From assembly GCA_021773335.1 (NCBI GenBank), contig JAJFKG010000051.1, positions 133,985 to 197,984 on the forward strand: 64,000 nucleotides of DNA, in the 5' to 3' direction. Under the pieces are notes generated by a model. It was not told the DNA's origin, searched no databases, and saw only the letters and a program-made list of their open reading frames with translations. The position numbers and the translations under genes were made by a program. The stretch comes from Gammaproteobacteria bacterium. Lineage in GTDB: Bacteria; Pseudomonadota; Gammaproteobacteria; JAJFKG01. Below are positions 19,867 through 30,000 of this stretch, in pieces; the stretch's first letter is position 1, and every line of letters begins with the position of its first letter.

Positions 19867-20736
19867 ATGGCAAATGAAACTATGACACCTGAAAGTAATA
19901 CCCCTGAGCTTAATACAAGCATCAATAATGGCCCCGGCGAATTAGTCCTCGATCCTAAACATCCTGGTATCAATGATGCAGACTATGTTGCGCGGCGTAA
20001 GTTGTTTTTTGATACCTCGCGTCGTCATCGTCTCGCCAAATTAGCACCACCTGAGATTGAATATAGCGAAGAAGAACACAACATATGGCGCTATATTTAT
20101 GCAAAATTAGATGCGGCACACCAAACTAAAGCATGGTCAGTTTATTTGGCAGGTAAGCAAGCCTTAGGCTTGGATGTTGCGCATATGCCACAATTAAACT
20201 CTTTGAGTGAGCGTTTGCAACAAGAACATGGTATTTCATTATTGCCGGCGGAAGGTTTGTTAGATACGCGCGATTTTCATGCCCACCTTTATCAAGGCAT
20301 TATGCCATGCACCCAATTCATTCGGCATGCATCAAATCCAGAATATACGCCTGAGCCTGATGCCGTGCATGATGTGTTGGGCCATTTGCCTGCACTAATG
20401 GATAAAGAGTACGGCGAATTGACGAGTTTGATCGGTCATGGGGTTAACCTTTCTAAAGATGAACAATTGCAAGCTTGGGATCGCATTTATTGGTTTACCA
20501 TTGAGTTTGGCCTCATTGAAGAAGATGGTGAGTTAAAGGCGTTTGGTGCCGGATTGTTATCGTCGTTTGGTGAAATGGAATATTGTTTTTCCGAGCAAGT
20601 AGAACGTCGTCCATTATCGATTGCCCAAATTGTTAAGACCGATTATGATCCCACGCAGATGCAAAATGTTTTATTTGTGATTCCATCCTTAGCTGAATTG
20701 CGTCGTCAGATTGAAGCGTTTATTAAAACACTCTAG
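19867..20736 (+). CDS. phhA: phenylalanine-4-hydroxylase (aromatic amino acid hydroxylase family)
   Basis: Fe-ligand region HDVLGHLPAL...E and WFTIEFGL, collinear with bacterial PAH. First ATG at 19867; the ORF-track start is TTG overlapping the pheA stop. Confidence 0.85.
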   Translation: MANETMTPESNTPELNTSINNGPGELVLDPKHPGINDADYVARRKLFFDTSRRHRLAKLAPPEIEYSEEEHNIWRYIYAKLDAAHQTKAWSVYLAGKQALGLDVAHMPQLNSLSERLQQEHGISLLPAEGLLDTRDFHAHLYQGIMPCTQFIRHASNPEYTPEPDAVHDVLGHLPALMDKEYGELTSLIGHGVNLSKDEQLQAWDRIYWFTIEFGLIEEDGELKAFGAGLLSSFGEMEYCFSEQVERRPLSIAQIVKTDYDPTQMQNVLFVIPSLAELRRQIEAFIKTL

Positions 20737-20783
20737 TTGCTTAAGCGCTAGCCTGGGAAATAATAAAAGAACAAGGATTACCA

Positions 20784-21866
20784 ATGCCAGAAATACCTTA
20801 TACGGGTCTCGTCGATAAGTACCGTTCGCGCTTACCCATCGGCAAAGACACGCCTGCTGTCAGCCTCAATGAAGGTAATACACCGTTGATTCAGCTGCGC
20901 AATATTCCTAAATCGTTAAATATTTCCGTCGATATATTTGTAAAGTATGAAGGCTTAAATCCCACTGCTTCTTTTAAAGATCGTGGTATGACCGTAGCTG
21001 TCACTAAAGCAGTCGAAGAGGGGAGTCAAGCAATCTTATGTGCTTCGACTGGCAATACTTCTGCTGCGGCAGCGGCTTATGCGAGTCGCGCTGCGATTAA
21101 AGCATTTGTGATTATTCCTGAAGGTAAGATTGCTCTAGGCAAATTGGCGCAAGCGCGTATGCATGGCGCGACTATTTTACAAATCAAAGGTAATTTTGAT
21201 GCGGGCATGGAGCTTGTCAAACAAGTCGCAAGCGAAGTGCCGATAACGATCGTCAATTCGATTAATCCGTATCGTTTGCAAGGGCAAAAGACGGCAGCTT
21301 TTGAGATCATCGAAGCATTAGGCAAAGCACCTGACTATCATTGTTTGCCTGTGGGCAATGCCGGTAATATCAGTGCCTATTGGATGGGATACAATGAGTA
21401 TTTTAATGCTGGCATCGCAACAACACGTCCTATGATGCTAGGTTATCAAGCTAGCGGTGCCGCACCTTTTCTCCGTGGTCATCCCATTGAGTATCCCGAA
21501 ACTGTTGCGACAGCGATCCGCATCGGCAATCCACAGTCATGGGATTTGGCTTGTCAAGCGCAACAAGAATCTGAGGGTTGGTTTGCTGAATTAAGCGACG
21601 AAAAAATTTTAGCAGCACAGCGTTTATTAGCGGAAAAGGAAGGCATTTTTTGTGAGCCTGCGTCTGCTGCTTCAATTGCGGGCTTATTGCGCGATATAGA
21701 ACAAGCAAAGATTGCTACCGGTAGCACGGTTGTTTGCACACTCACAGGACACGGTTTAAAAGATCCAGATATAGCGATTGCACAAAGCCAAGCACCTATG
21801 CTCAATGTTGATGCCAAGTTAGCTGCAGTTAAAGAGGCAATCAGCTCACGCTTAAACGGCCAATAA
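20784..21866 (+). CDS. thrC: threonine synthase (short form)
   Basis: 360 aa. PLP-lysine motif SFKDRG. RBS CAAGGA. Confidence 0.9.
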   Translation: MPEIPYTGLVDKYRSRLPIGKDTPAVSLNEGNTPLIQLRNIPKSLNISVDIFVKYEGLNPTASFKDRGMTVAVTKAVEEGSQAILCASTGNTSAAAAAYASRAAIKAFVIIPEGKIALGKLAQARMHGATILQIKGNFDAGMELVKQVASEVPITIVNSINPYRLQGQKTAAFEIIEALGKAPDYHCLPVGNAGNISAYWMGYNEYFNAGIATTRPMMLGYQASGAAPFLRGHPIEYPETVATAIRIGNPQSWDLACQAQQESEGWFAELSDEKILAAQRLLAEKEGIFCEPASAASIAGLLRDIEQAKIATGSTVVCTLTGHGLKDPDIAIAQSQAPMLNVDAKLAAVKEAISSRLNGQ

Positions 21867-21887
21867 AATAATAATGGTAAAATAACG

Positions 21888-23675
21888 ATGACAAAAATAA
21901 TAATACGCCGCCACAAGCAAGAAACCACCACAACTTTACCCGAGCACATCCACCCTGTCTTGCGTCGTGTGTACAAAAACCGCGGGATTGCGAGTGAAGA
22001 TGAATTAAACACCGAATTGCCAGGGCTGTTGCCTTTTACCGATTTGCTCGGGATCGATAAAGCCATTGAAATATTATATGCTGCATTACAGCAACAAGAG
22101 CGTGTTTTAATTGTCGGTGATTTTGATGCCGATGGTGCGACGAGTACGGCTGTTGCGATTAGTGCACTACGCAGTTTTGGTTTTTTGCATGTCAATTTTA
22201 TTGTGCCTAATCGTTTTGAATATGGTTATGGCTTAACACCTGAGATAGTTGCAGCTGCATGTCAATGGCAACCGGATATCATCATCACTGTAGACAACGG
22301 CATCTCGAGTTGTGCCGGTGCTGCGTATGCCAAAGAGCAAGGTATGCAAGTCATTGTTACTGATCATCATTTGCCAGGTGCAGAGTTACCGGCTGCCGAT
22401 GCGATCGTCAATCCCAACCAAGTGGGCTGCCCGTTTGCGAGTAAAAACCTTGCCGGTGTTGGCGTTATTTTTTATGTGATGCTCGCTTTACGGAGTTATC
22501 TGCGTGATAAAAATTGGTTTGCCATTCAGCATTTGCCGGTGCCAAATATGGGACAATTACTTGATTTAGTGGCTTTGGGCACGGTCGCTGATGTCGTTCC
22601 CTTAGATCGCAATAATCGCATTTTAGTGCGCCAGGGTTTGCAGCGTATCCGTGCCGGTAAAAGCCGCATTGGTATCGATGCCTTATTGGCGGTGGCTAAA
22701 CGCCAAGCTGAAAATGTTACCGCGAGTGATATGGGTTTTGCCCTGGGGCCGCGGCTTAATGCGGCAGGGCGCTTAGATGATATGTCACTGGGGATCCATT
22801 GTTTGCTGTGCGATGATCCAATCATGGCAAAACGTATGGCGTTAAACTTAGATAATCTAAATAAAGAACGCCGTAGCATCGAAGAAACCATGCAAGAACA
22901 AGCACAGCAGGCGTTGGCAAAGTTCGATCGTCAACATGAACATGATAGCGAGAATTTGCCATTGGGTGTGTGTTTGTTTGATCCCCAGTGGCACCAAGGT
23001 GTGATTGGCATTTTGGCGGGGCGTCTGAAAGATAAATTACACCGGCCTGTGATTGCCTTTGCTGTTGCTAATGATGATGAAGTTAAGGGTTCGGCGCGTT
23101 CAATTGCCGGTGTTCATATCCGTGATGTCTTGGATGCTATTGCCAAGCAATATCCAGAGTTGATTAGCAAGTTTGGTGGACATGCTATGGCGGCTGGACT
23201 AACCATTAAACGCAGCGATTTTCCCGCATTTGCGCAAGCATTTGCCGCACAGGTAAGTCAGCACTGCGATGCCGATATTTTACAAAGTAAAATCTATAGT
23301 GATGGTGAGTTACAGGCCGAAGACTTTTCTCTTTCATTAGCTCAATCACTGCGTGCAGCGGGGCCGTGGGGACAAGCCTTCCCGGAACCATTGTTTGACG
23401 GGCAATTTGAAGTGCTGAAGCAGCGCGTAGTTGGTGAAAAACACTTAAAATTACTCTTACGCCCGCTGAATAGTGATCAAGCTTTAGATGCCATCTTTTT
23501 TAATCCTGATCTTGATGCGTGGGGTAATACGACAGCCGCTGCCACTCGTCAGCATGTTACTTTGGCTTATCGCCTAGACGTCAATCATTATCGCGGCGAA
23601 GAGAATGTGCAACTTGTGGTAGAGCTAGCACTCGAGAAGGAACAAGTGCTAGCAGAACAAGTAGTGATGGAGTAA
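21888..23675 (+). CDS. recJ: single-stranded-DNA-specific exonuclease RecJ
   Basis: 595 aa. DHH motifs (VGDFDADGATS, TDHH) and DHHA1. Confidence 0.9.
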   Translation: MTKIIIRRHKQETTTTLPEHIHPVLRRVYKNRGIASEDELNTELPGLLPFTDLLGIDKAIEILYAALQQQERVLIVGDFDADGATSTAVAISALRSFGFLHVNFIVPNRFEYGYGLTPEIVAAACQWQPDIIITVDNGISSCAGAAYAKEQGMQVIVTDHHLPGAELPAADAIVNPNQVGCPFASKNLAGVGVIFYVMLALRSYLRDKNWFAIQHLPVPNMGQLLDLVALGTVADVVPLDRNNRILVRQGLQRIRAGKSRIGIDALLAVAKRQAENVTASDMGFALGPRLNAAGRLDDMSLGIHCLLCDDPIMAKRMALNLDNLNKERRSIEETMQEQAQQALAKFDRQHEHDSENLPLGVCLFDPQWHQGVIGILAGRLKDKLHRPVIAFAVANDDEVKGSARSIAGVHIRDVLDAIAKQYPELISKFGGHAMAAGLTIKRSDFPAFAQAFAAQVSQHCDADILQSKIYSDGELQAEDFSLSLAQSLRAAGPWGQAFPEPLFDGQFEVLKQRVVGEKHLKLLLRPLNSDQALDAIFFNPDLDAWGNTTAAATRQHVTLAYRLDVNHYRGEENVQLVVELALEKEQVLAEQVVME

Positions 23676-23681
23676 TAAACT

Positions 23682-23993
23682 ATGTACAAGATTTGCTTTT
23701 ACGTACCGGAAACCCATGTTGAAAAAGTCAAAGCAGCCATCTTTACAGTGGGTGCAGGTAAAATCGGTGATTATGGAAGTTGTTGTTGGCAGGTGCTGGG
23801 AGAGGGACAATTTAAACCTTTAGCGGGTAGCCAGCCATATCTTGGGCAGCGCGATCAGTTAGAAACGGTTGCTGAATACAAGGTTGAAACAGTGTGTCAA
23901 GATGCGGATGTATGGGATGTTGTCGCTGCATTGAAAGAGGCCCATCCGTATGAGGAGCCGGCATATGATGTGTGGCAACTCGCTGATATATAG
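23682..23993 (+). CDS. stand-alone Nif3-insert-like (PII/CutA-fold) small protein
   Basis: 103 aa. Motifs GKIGDYGSCCW and HPYEEPAYDVW resemble the middle domain of NIF3/YqfO proteins. Confidence 0.5.
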   Translation: MYKICFYVPETHVEKVKAAIFTVGAGKIGDYGSCCWQVLGEGQFKPLAGSQPYLGQRDQLETVAEYKVETVCQDADVWDVVAALKEAHPYEEPAYDVWQLADI

Positions 23994-23994
23994 T

Positions 23995-24165
23995 CGGGCT
24001 TGCATAAAAGCGCAATCTCTTCGTTAAGAATAATTTTTAACTCAGTCATTTAGGGCGACTAAACTTCTTCGTCAAAAATTATTCTTGCCTCGACCTTGCG
24101 TTTTTCTGCAAGCCCTTGCTTAGGTAAGGATAATCTCTTCGTTAAGAATAATTTTTAACTGAGTT
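23995..24165. repeat. MITE-like palindromic element (about 120 bp, 17-bp TIR gggcttgcaNaaaaNcg) plus an adjacent partial second copy
   Basis: TIRs at 23995-24011 and 24097-24113. Internal 13-bp IR aagaataattttt/aaaaattattctt. A direct repeat of aatctcttcgttaagaataatttttaact at 24019 and 24131. Followed by the hairpin gtcccccccta-ggggtgggac (24172-24192). Confidence 0.5.
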
Positions 24166-24225
24166 CAGACTTGTCCCCCCCTAGGGGTGGGACGTATAGC
24201 CATGGGTGCTGCTGCGCCCATTCTA

Positions 24226-25146
24226 TCAATTCACCCGCGCAATCACAAATTCAGCTAATTCACGCAAACGCGTAAAATCCACGCCAGTCTTATCGAGACA
24301 ACTCAACGCGTGTTCATACAAGCGTTGCGCTTTTTGTTTAGCGCCATCCAGGCCCAACAATTTTGGATATGTCGCTTTATCACTCGTGATATCTGCGCCT
24401 TGCGTTTTGCCTAAAATTTCACTGCTGCTTTCAATATCGATGATATCGTCACGAATCTGAAAGGCTAGACCAATGCTAGCCGCATATTCACTCAGCAAAT
24501 CAAGCCGATGCTTATTGCCACATTGCGCGGCTAAAGCACCTAATTGTACACTAGCAATGATCAATGCCCCGGTCTTCATGCGGTGAATGTTTTCTAATTG
24601 ATGCAAATCGATCAATTGATTTTCTGCGGACATATCTAAGGCTTGCCCACCAGCCATACCATGTGAATTAATTGCGTTGGCCAAAGTACGTAACATTGTG
24701 ACTTGGATCTCAGCCGGAAGTTTTAAATTAGCACTAGCTAATAGACTAAAAGCATGACTTTGCAGCGCATCGCCTGCCAAGATAGCGGTTGCTTCACTAA
24801 ACGCCTTATGGCAAGTTGGTTTGCCACGACGTAAATCATCATCATCCATGGCGGGTAAATCATCGTGAATCAACGAGTAAGCATGCACCAGTTCCACCGC
24901 GGCTGCGCAGGCATCGCTACTGCTTTGATACGCTTTAGCATCGAGTTCAGCATTCGCGAGCAACGCGTCTGCAGTGGCATAGACCAACATGGCGCGTAAG
25001 CGCTTGCCGCCATTGAGCACGCTATAGCGCATGGCTTCATGTAATTCGCTGGGTTGCGTGCTGACAGCAGGCAACACTGTCTCTAAGTAATGTTGGATCC
25101 GCTGCTGGCATTCTTGTAAATAAGCCTTAAAATCCACGTATTTCAC
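24226..25146 (-). CDS. ispA: farnesyl diphosphate synthase
   Basis: Motifs DDLPAMDDDDLRRGKPT and the second Asp-rich motif DDIID. Confidence 0.9.
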   Translation of the reverse strand: MKYVDFKAYLQECQQRIQHYLETVLPAVSTQPSELHEAMRYSVLNGGKRLRAMLVYATADALLANAELDAKAYQSSSDACAAAVELVHAYSLIHDDLPAMDDDDLRRGKPTCHKAFSEATAILAGDALQSHAFSLLASANLKLPAEIQVTMLRTLANAINSHGMAGGQALDMSAENQLIDLHQLENIHRMKTGALIIASVQLGALAAQCGNKHRLDLLSEYAASIGLAFQIRDDIIDIESSSEILGKTQGADITSDKATYPKLLGLDGAKQKAQRLYEHALSCLDKTGVDFTRLRELAEFVIARVN

Positions 25147-25263
25147 CCCTATAACTGACTGTTTTTAGAGAATTTATCGCTAATGACTATCGGTAAAGGC
25201 GCCAATTGTACTATAATGGCCGGCTATTGTGTAATGAGAGACGAACAAAATAGGCAAAGACCC

Positions 25264-25812
25264 ATGACGAGCGCAGAACGAGTCATTTTAGTTGACGAAC
25301 AAGACCGTGAGATAGGTACGGAAGAAAAGCAAGCCGCACATGCGAAGGCCTTGTGTCATCGCGCTTTTTCAGTGTTTATTTTTCGCCAAATCGAGGGTGA
25401 ACCTGCTTTATTGCTACAGCAGCGTAACCCTGAAAAATACCATTGTGGGGGCTTGTGGACGAATACCTGCTGTAGTCACCCGCGCCCTGGCGAAGAAATC
25501 ATTACCGCAGGCCAACGCCGCTTGCGTGAAGAAATGGGAATTGATACCACTCTATTTTATGTTGATAAGTTTCATTATATTGCCAAGTTTGATAATGGCT
25601 TGACTGAAAATGAAGTCGATCACGTCTTAGTTGGCAGCATTGATTACGATGATTTTGAGCTCAACCCCGAAGAAGCAAGTGATTGTCGTTGGCAGCATCC
25701 TGACAAGGTTTTACAAGATATACAAGCCAATCCCAATGCCTACACACCTTGGTTCAAACAAGCTTTGCAATTGGTGCTTGATAAGGGCGCCTTGGCAACT
25801 TTATTTGCCTGA
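25264..25812 (+). CDS. idi: isopentenyl-diphosphate delta-isomerase, type 1 (NUDIX)
   Basis: Collinear with E. coli Idi from ERVILVDEQDREIGTEEK. Motifs WTNTCCSHP and ENEV. Start at ATG 25264. Confidence 0.8.
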   Translation: MTSAERVILVDEQDREIGTEEKQAAHAKALCHRAFSVFIFRQIEGEPALLLQQRNPEKYHCGGLWTNTCCSHPRPGEEIITAGQRRLREEMGIDTTLFYVDKFHYIAKFDNGLTENEVDHVLVGSIDYDDFELNPEEASDCRWQHPDKVLQDIQANPNAYTPWFKQALQLVLDKGALATLFA

Positions 25813-25830
25813 GCAAACAAAGGCTTTGTT

Positions 25831-26841
25831 ATGTTAGATCGCACTATCTCTATTGCGCCCATGATGGATTGCACGGATAGGCATTACCGTTATTTGGCCC
25901 GTTTACTTTCCAAACATGTTTTATTGTATAGTGAAATGGTGCATTGCAATGCCATTATCCATGGTGATCGCGAGCGGCATTTACGTTTCAATGGGGAGGA
26001 GCATCCGGTTGCTTTACAACTTGGTGGCGCCAATCCGCAAGATCTCGCTCAAGCGGCAAAAATTGCTGAAGATTATGGTTATGATGAAGTGAATCTCAAT
26101 GTGGGTTGTCCTAGTAGTCGCGTGCAAGCAGGGCGTTTTGGTGCTTGTTTAATGGCCGAGCCAGCATTAGTGGCAGCATGTATTGTAGCGATGCGCGAAG
26201 TGGTGTCCATTCCTGTGACAGTAAAAACACGCCTGGGTATTGACTATCAGGATAGTGATAAATTGTTGCATCAGTTTATTGCTAGCGTCGCTGCAGCGGG
26301 TTGTGAGGTTTTTATTGTGCATGCACGTAAAGCATGGCTAACAGGCCTCAGTCCAAAACAAAATCGTGATGTGCCACCATTGCAATACGAGCGGGTTTAT
26401 CGTTTACGTGAAGTTTTTCCACAATTAACTATCGTCATCAATGGTGGAATCAAAACCGCACAAGCGATCGGCGACCACCTCGCTCACGTTGATGGCGTGA
26501 TGATCGGGCGTGAGGCATATCATAATCTGTATTGGCTAGCAGCTTTGGAGCAGCGCTTTTACCCTAACAATGATGCTGTTCCTGGTCGTGCCGCGATACT
26601 TGCTGAATACAGCGACTATATCGCGGCACAATACGCTCAAGGTGTGCCGTTAAACCTCATGACGCGTCATCTTATTGGTTTATATCAAGGTATGCCCGGG
26701 GCCAAGCAGTGGCGTAGATTTTTATGCAATAATGCATTAAAAAGTGATGCGCAACTTTTTGATTTTTTACGCGCAAAGCACAAAATAGCTGCTATTCTTA
26801 GTACTAAAGGGCAGGTTAGTGAACAGCTAGCCACACAATAA
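25831..26841 (+). CDS. dusA: tRNA-dihydrouridine synthase A
   Basis: 336 aa. Motifs APMMDCTDRHYR and NVGCPS. Confidence 0.85.
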   Translation: MLDRTISIAPMMDCTDRHYRYLARLLSKHVLLYSEMVHCNAIIHGDRERHLRFNGEEHPVALQLGGANPQDLAQAAKIAEDYGYDEVNLNVGCPSSRVQAGRFGACLMAEPALVAACIVAMREVVSIPVTVKTRLGIDYQDSDKLLHQFIASVAAAGCEVFIVHARKAWLTGLSPKQNRDVPPLQYERVYRLREVFPQLTIVINGGIKTAQAIGDHLAHVDGVMIGREAYHNLYWLAALEQRFYPNNDAVPGRAAILAEYSDYIAAQYAQGVPLNLMTRHLIGLYQGMPGAKQWRRFLCNNALKSDAQLFDFLRAKHKIAAILSTKGQVSEQLATQ

Positions 26842-27044
26842 AAGCCCGCTTCAAATGCAACAAATGACACGACAATAAAAGAAAAAACACAGTAAGTTGT
26901 GTGTCTCACACAGAGAATGGACTCTCTGCAGAAAATCAAACACAATATGCACCAAGCTCCTGTGTTTGTAATAATAAGCACTATGGACAGATAACGAGTA
27001 AGCCGTTTGCGGTAGTGGTACATATTGTTTTGGTGGGGAATCCT

Positions 27045-30000
27045 ATGGTTGATAAAGTTGGTACTGAACAAGCTATTTTGCGGCGTGTAGCGACGCGTAA
27101 ACAGTTGCGAGATATGCTTGGTGGAACGGCAGCTCGAACCATGCCGGATTTGCGGGAGCGTCTGAGTGCAGATGTTGTGCCGACTTTACGCAGAGCAGCC
27201 ACTGAAACAGCAATCACGCGCAAGGGCGCAAAAAAACGTGACCGTTCTTCACGTATGTATGCTGGTAGTAAAAAAGCGAAAGAGGTGAAATCAGCTGCTG
27301 CACAAGTTGCTTATCAACATTTGAAGGAAACTGCGGAAAAAGCATTTGCAGAATCAGCGCACACCACTGATACGCTGACAGTGTCATCCGAACAGGCAAC
27401 AGCGACACTCACGCAATTGCAAGCAAGCTTAGAAGGTTTTGCTAGCAGGGCCGCAGAGTTTACGCAATCAGGACTGGCACGTGAGGTTGCTGCAAACTTA
27501 GGTGGTCATTTAGCATTTATCATCTACGATGCGCACAATTTACAAGCAGATGTCGTGGCAATGCAGGTCGCATTAGCTCAGGCTGGTTCACATGCTGATT
27601 TAGAAGCGCTTTATGAAAAAATCCAACGACACCCGCTCTTTGATGCCAAGGCGCCTGAATTTGCCAATGGTATACAACCTAGTGCACTCCGTGCCTTCAC
27701 TAGTATTGAAGTATTAACGAGACAGTTGTCAGCACTCAGCACACAAGCTGATGCCTTCGTGGCAACCTTGGGCGAACAATATAGTGAGCTAGCTATAACC
27801 GCTGGTCCAGATTTTACCGCAGGGTTCGTGCAAACGACGCAACAGCTGGCTGGATATCAAAGTCTGAAACAACACATCGTTTCGCAGCTAGATGCTGTTA
27901 ATCCAGATTCATTGCTGGCTTCTATGGGCCGTGTGCAAGATGAGATACAAGCAGCTGGCATTACTCGTGATAATGTTGGGAAAGCTTCGATAACGCAGAG
28001 AAGTCGTTGGTTGGGGCAGTACCGCATAGCACGTAGCCAAGTCGATGCGTTGCTTGAGCAAAAAGAAGAAATTAGCAGTCTTGCTAATAAATTAGCTAAA
28101 CAACAAGGCGATTTAGGCGAGGGCTTGACTGGTTTTGCAAACGATAGTGCGGCGTTTTTGGCAGGCATAGGACCTCTTATTACTTCGAACCACGATGAAA
28201 ATAGCCTGATTAATCGTGAAAACCATTTAAATCACATTGCCAATGCGATTGAGTATATGGGCGGGGCACTGCCAGAGTCAGTGCATTTTGGAGATGACAC
28301 CAATAAAAAATTAACAGAATTAGCACAGGTGCTTGATCGCAAACCTGAAATGCAAACGGTAATTCGCAGTGCACAAGCGATCCTAAAAGCGCTAGTCAGC
28401 GATGCACGTTTGTCGCAAATGATGGAGTTTGCTGACAAACAAGCATCAGAGTTTGCCGCAATCAATGCAGAAAGTACAACTGCAATTGATATGCCACAAG
28501 CGGTTGCCCTGTTGGAGCGCCTGCAAACAGTGCGCCGTGAATTGCAAGATCACCAAGCAGGTTATAATGAAGCCTTTGCTACTGTGCAAGCTCAATTAAA
28601 AGATGCCACAGGTGCTTTTTTGACGGCAAAGGATGCGATACGTTCTGCGCTTGTCGCTCTGCCTGAAAAACAACAAAGCAAAATGCGTTCGCAAATGCGT
28701 ACGTGGAATAACTTGTTGGGGCAGTTACAAGGCCCACTAGGAATATTGAGTACAGACGGTGTGAGTTATGTCGATGCACAGTTGGAAAAAGTGGACTCTC
28801 TGGAAAGGCAAATTGAAAGTCACTTACAAACGCGTATGCAACAACAACGTGAAGTGCGTGAACAGCAACAATTGACAGAGGCACAAGCTAACCTGGCTAA
28901 GCTTGCAAAATTGGTTGCTGATCATGCTGAAAAAGCTGATTGGACGTCGGAACAATTAGCCCAGATAGTGGTGCGTTTAGAGTCGTCACAGCAGCAGTCG
29001 CAAGCATTACAAGGCAGAATTGATACTGAGACATTTGACGCGCTTGAAGAACGTCGTGATGCTATTCTCGAGCAAGGACGAGCTGCTGCTACCAGTGATT
29101 ATTTGCAAATTTTATTTGTACAAGGTGGTGCTGACCAAGACATGTTAGCTGTTGTATTGCCAGATGAGGTAAAACAACAATTAGGTGTCGCGCGTGGGCA
29201 ATTGACGGGTAATACAGACGCTTCGCCGACCACAACGTCGGCTGCCGTGGCAGAATCTTCTCGTAGTTTGTCAGCAAGCGTTGCTAGCACTGAAAAACCG
29301 GCGTCATCTGCCAGCAGCAGTGGTTCGCACGATGATATGGATATCTCTTTGCCAGAACGCGTAGCATGGCCTCGGCTAAGTGGCACCCGAACAGCGCGTA
29401 GCTTTACGGTGATGACACCAACAGGACATTTACGCGCAAAGTTTGAAAAGGCATTTGCTGATGTGCGTACGCGGCAAGCGGAAGCCTTAGCATTACACAA
29501 AGTAGCTCATAGTGCATTATTAGCAGCACGCAGTGACTATCATGAATGGCGCACAGAGGCTAGAGAACTTGAGCGATCTATTGGGACGCGCGTACCAGGT
29601 GAGGCTCTAGACAAATTAGCAAGCCTATTGGTTGCACAGCGCACATTGCAACAGGCAACAGTTGAGTCGGCTTTGATGCGGCAAGAAGCTGCTATAGGGG
29701 CTTCTGTAAAAATTAGGGCAGTGATACAGGCATTTGCTAACAATAAAGCCTTCTTCAAAGAAACGCCACCTACGGCTAAACACAGATTAGACGCTCTCCA
29801 TTCCGCTTTAATCAAATACAAAGATCAAGTGGATGCTTTTGTAACCGACGTGAGATTGCACACAGGTTTAATAGATCCTTCCTTGGCAAGCGCAGTACGC
29901 ATTAGCCCTGCCGGGAGTATGTTAATCACCAATAGTATTATTAACGCAATACTTAAGCACACTGATGGTATCACGCCTGATAGTGTGGAAGAATATCGCC

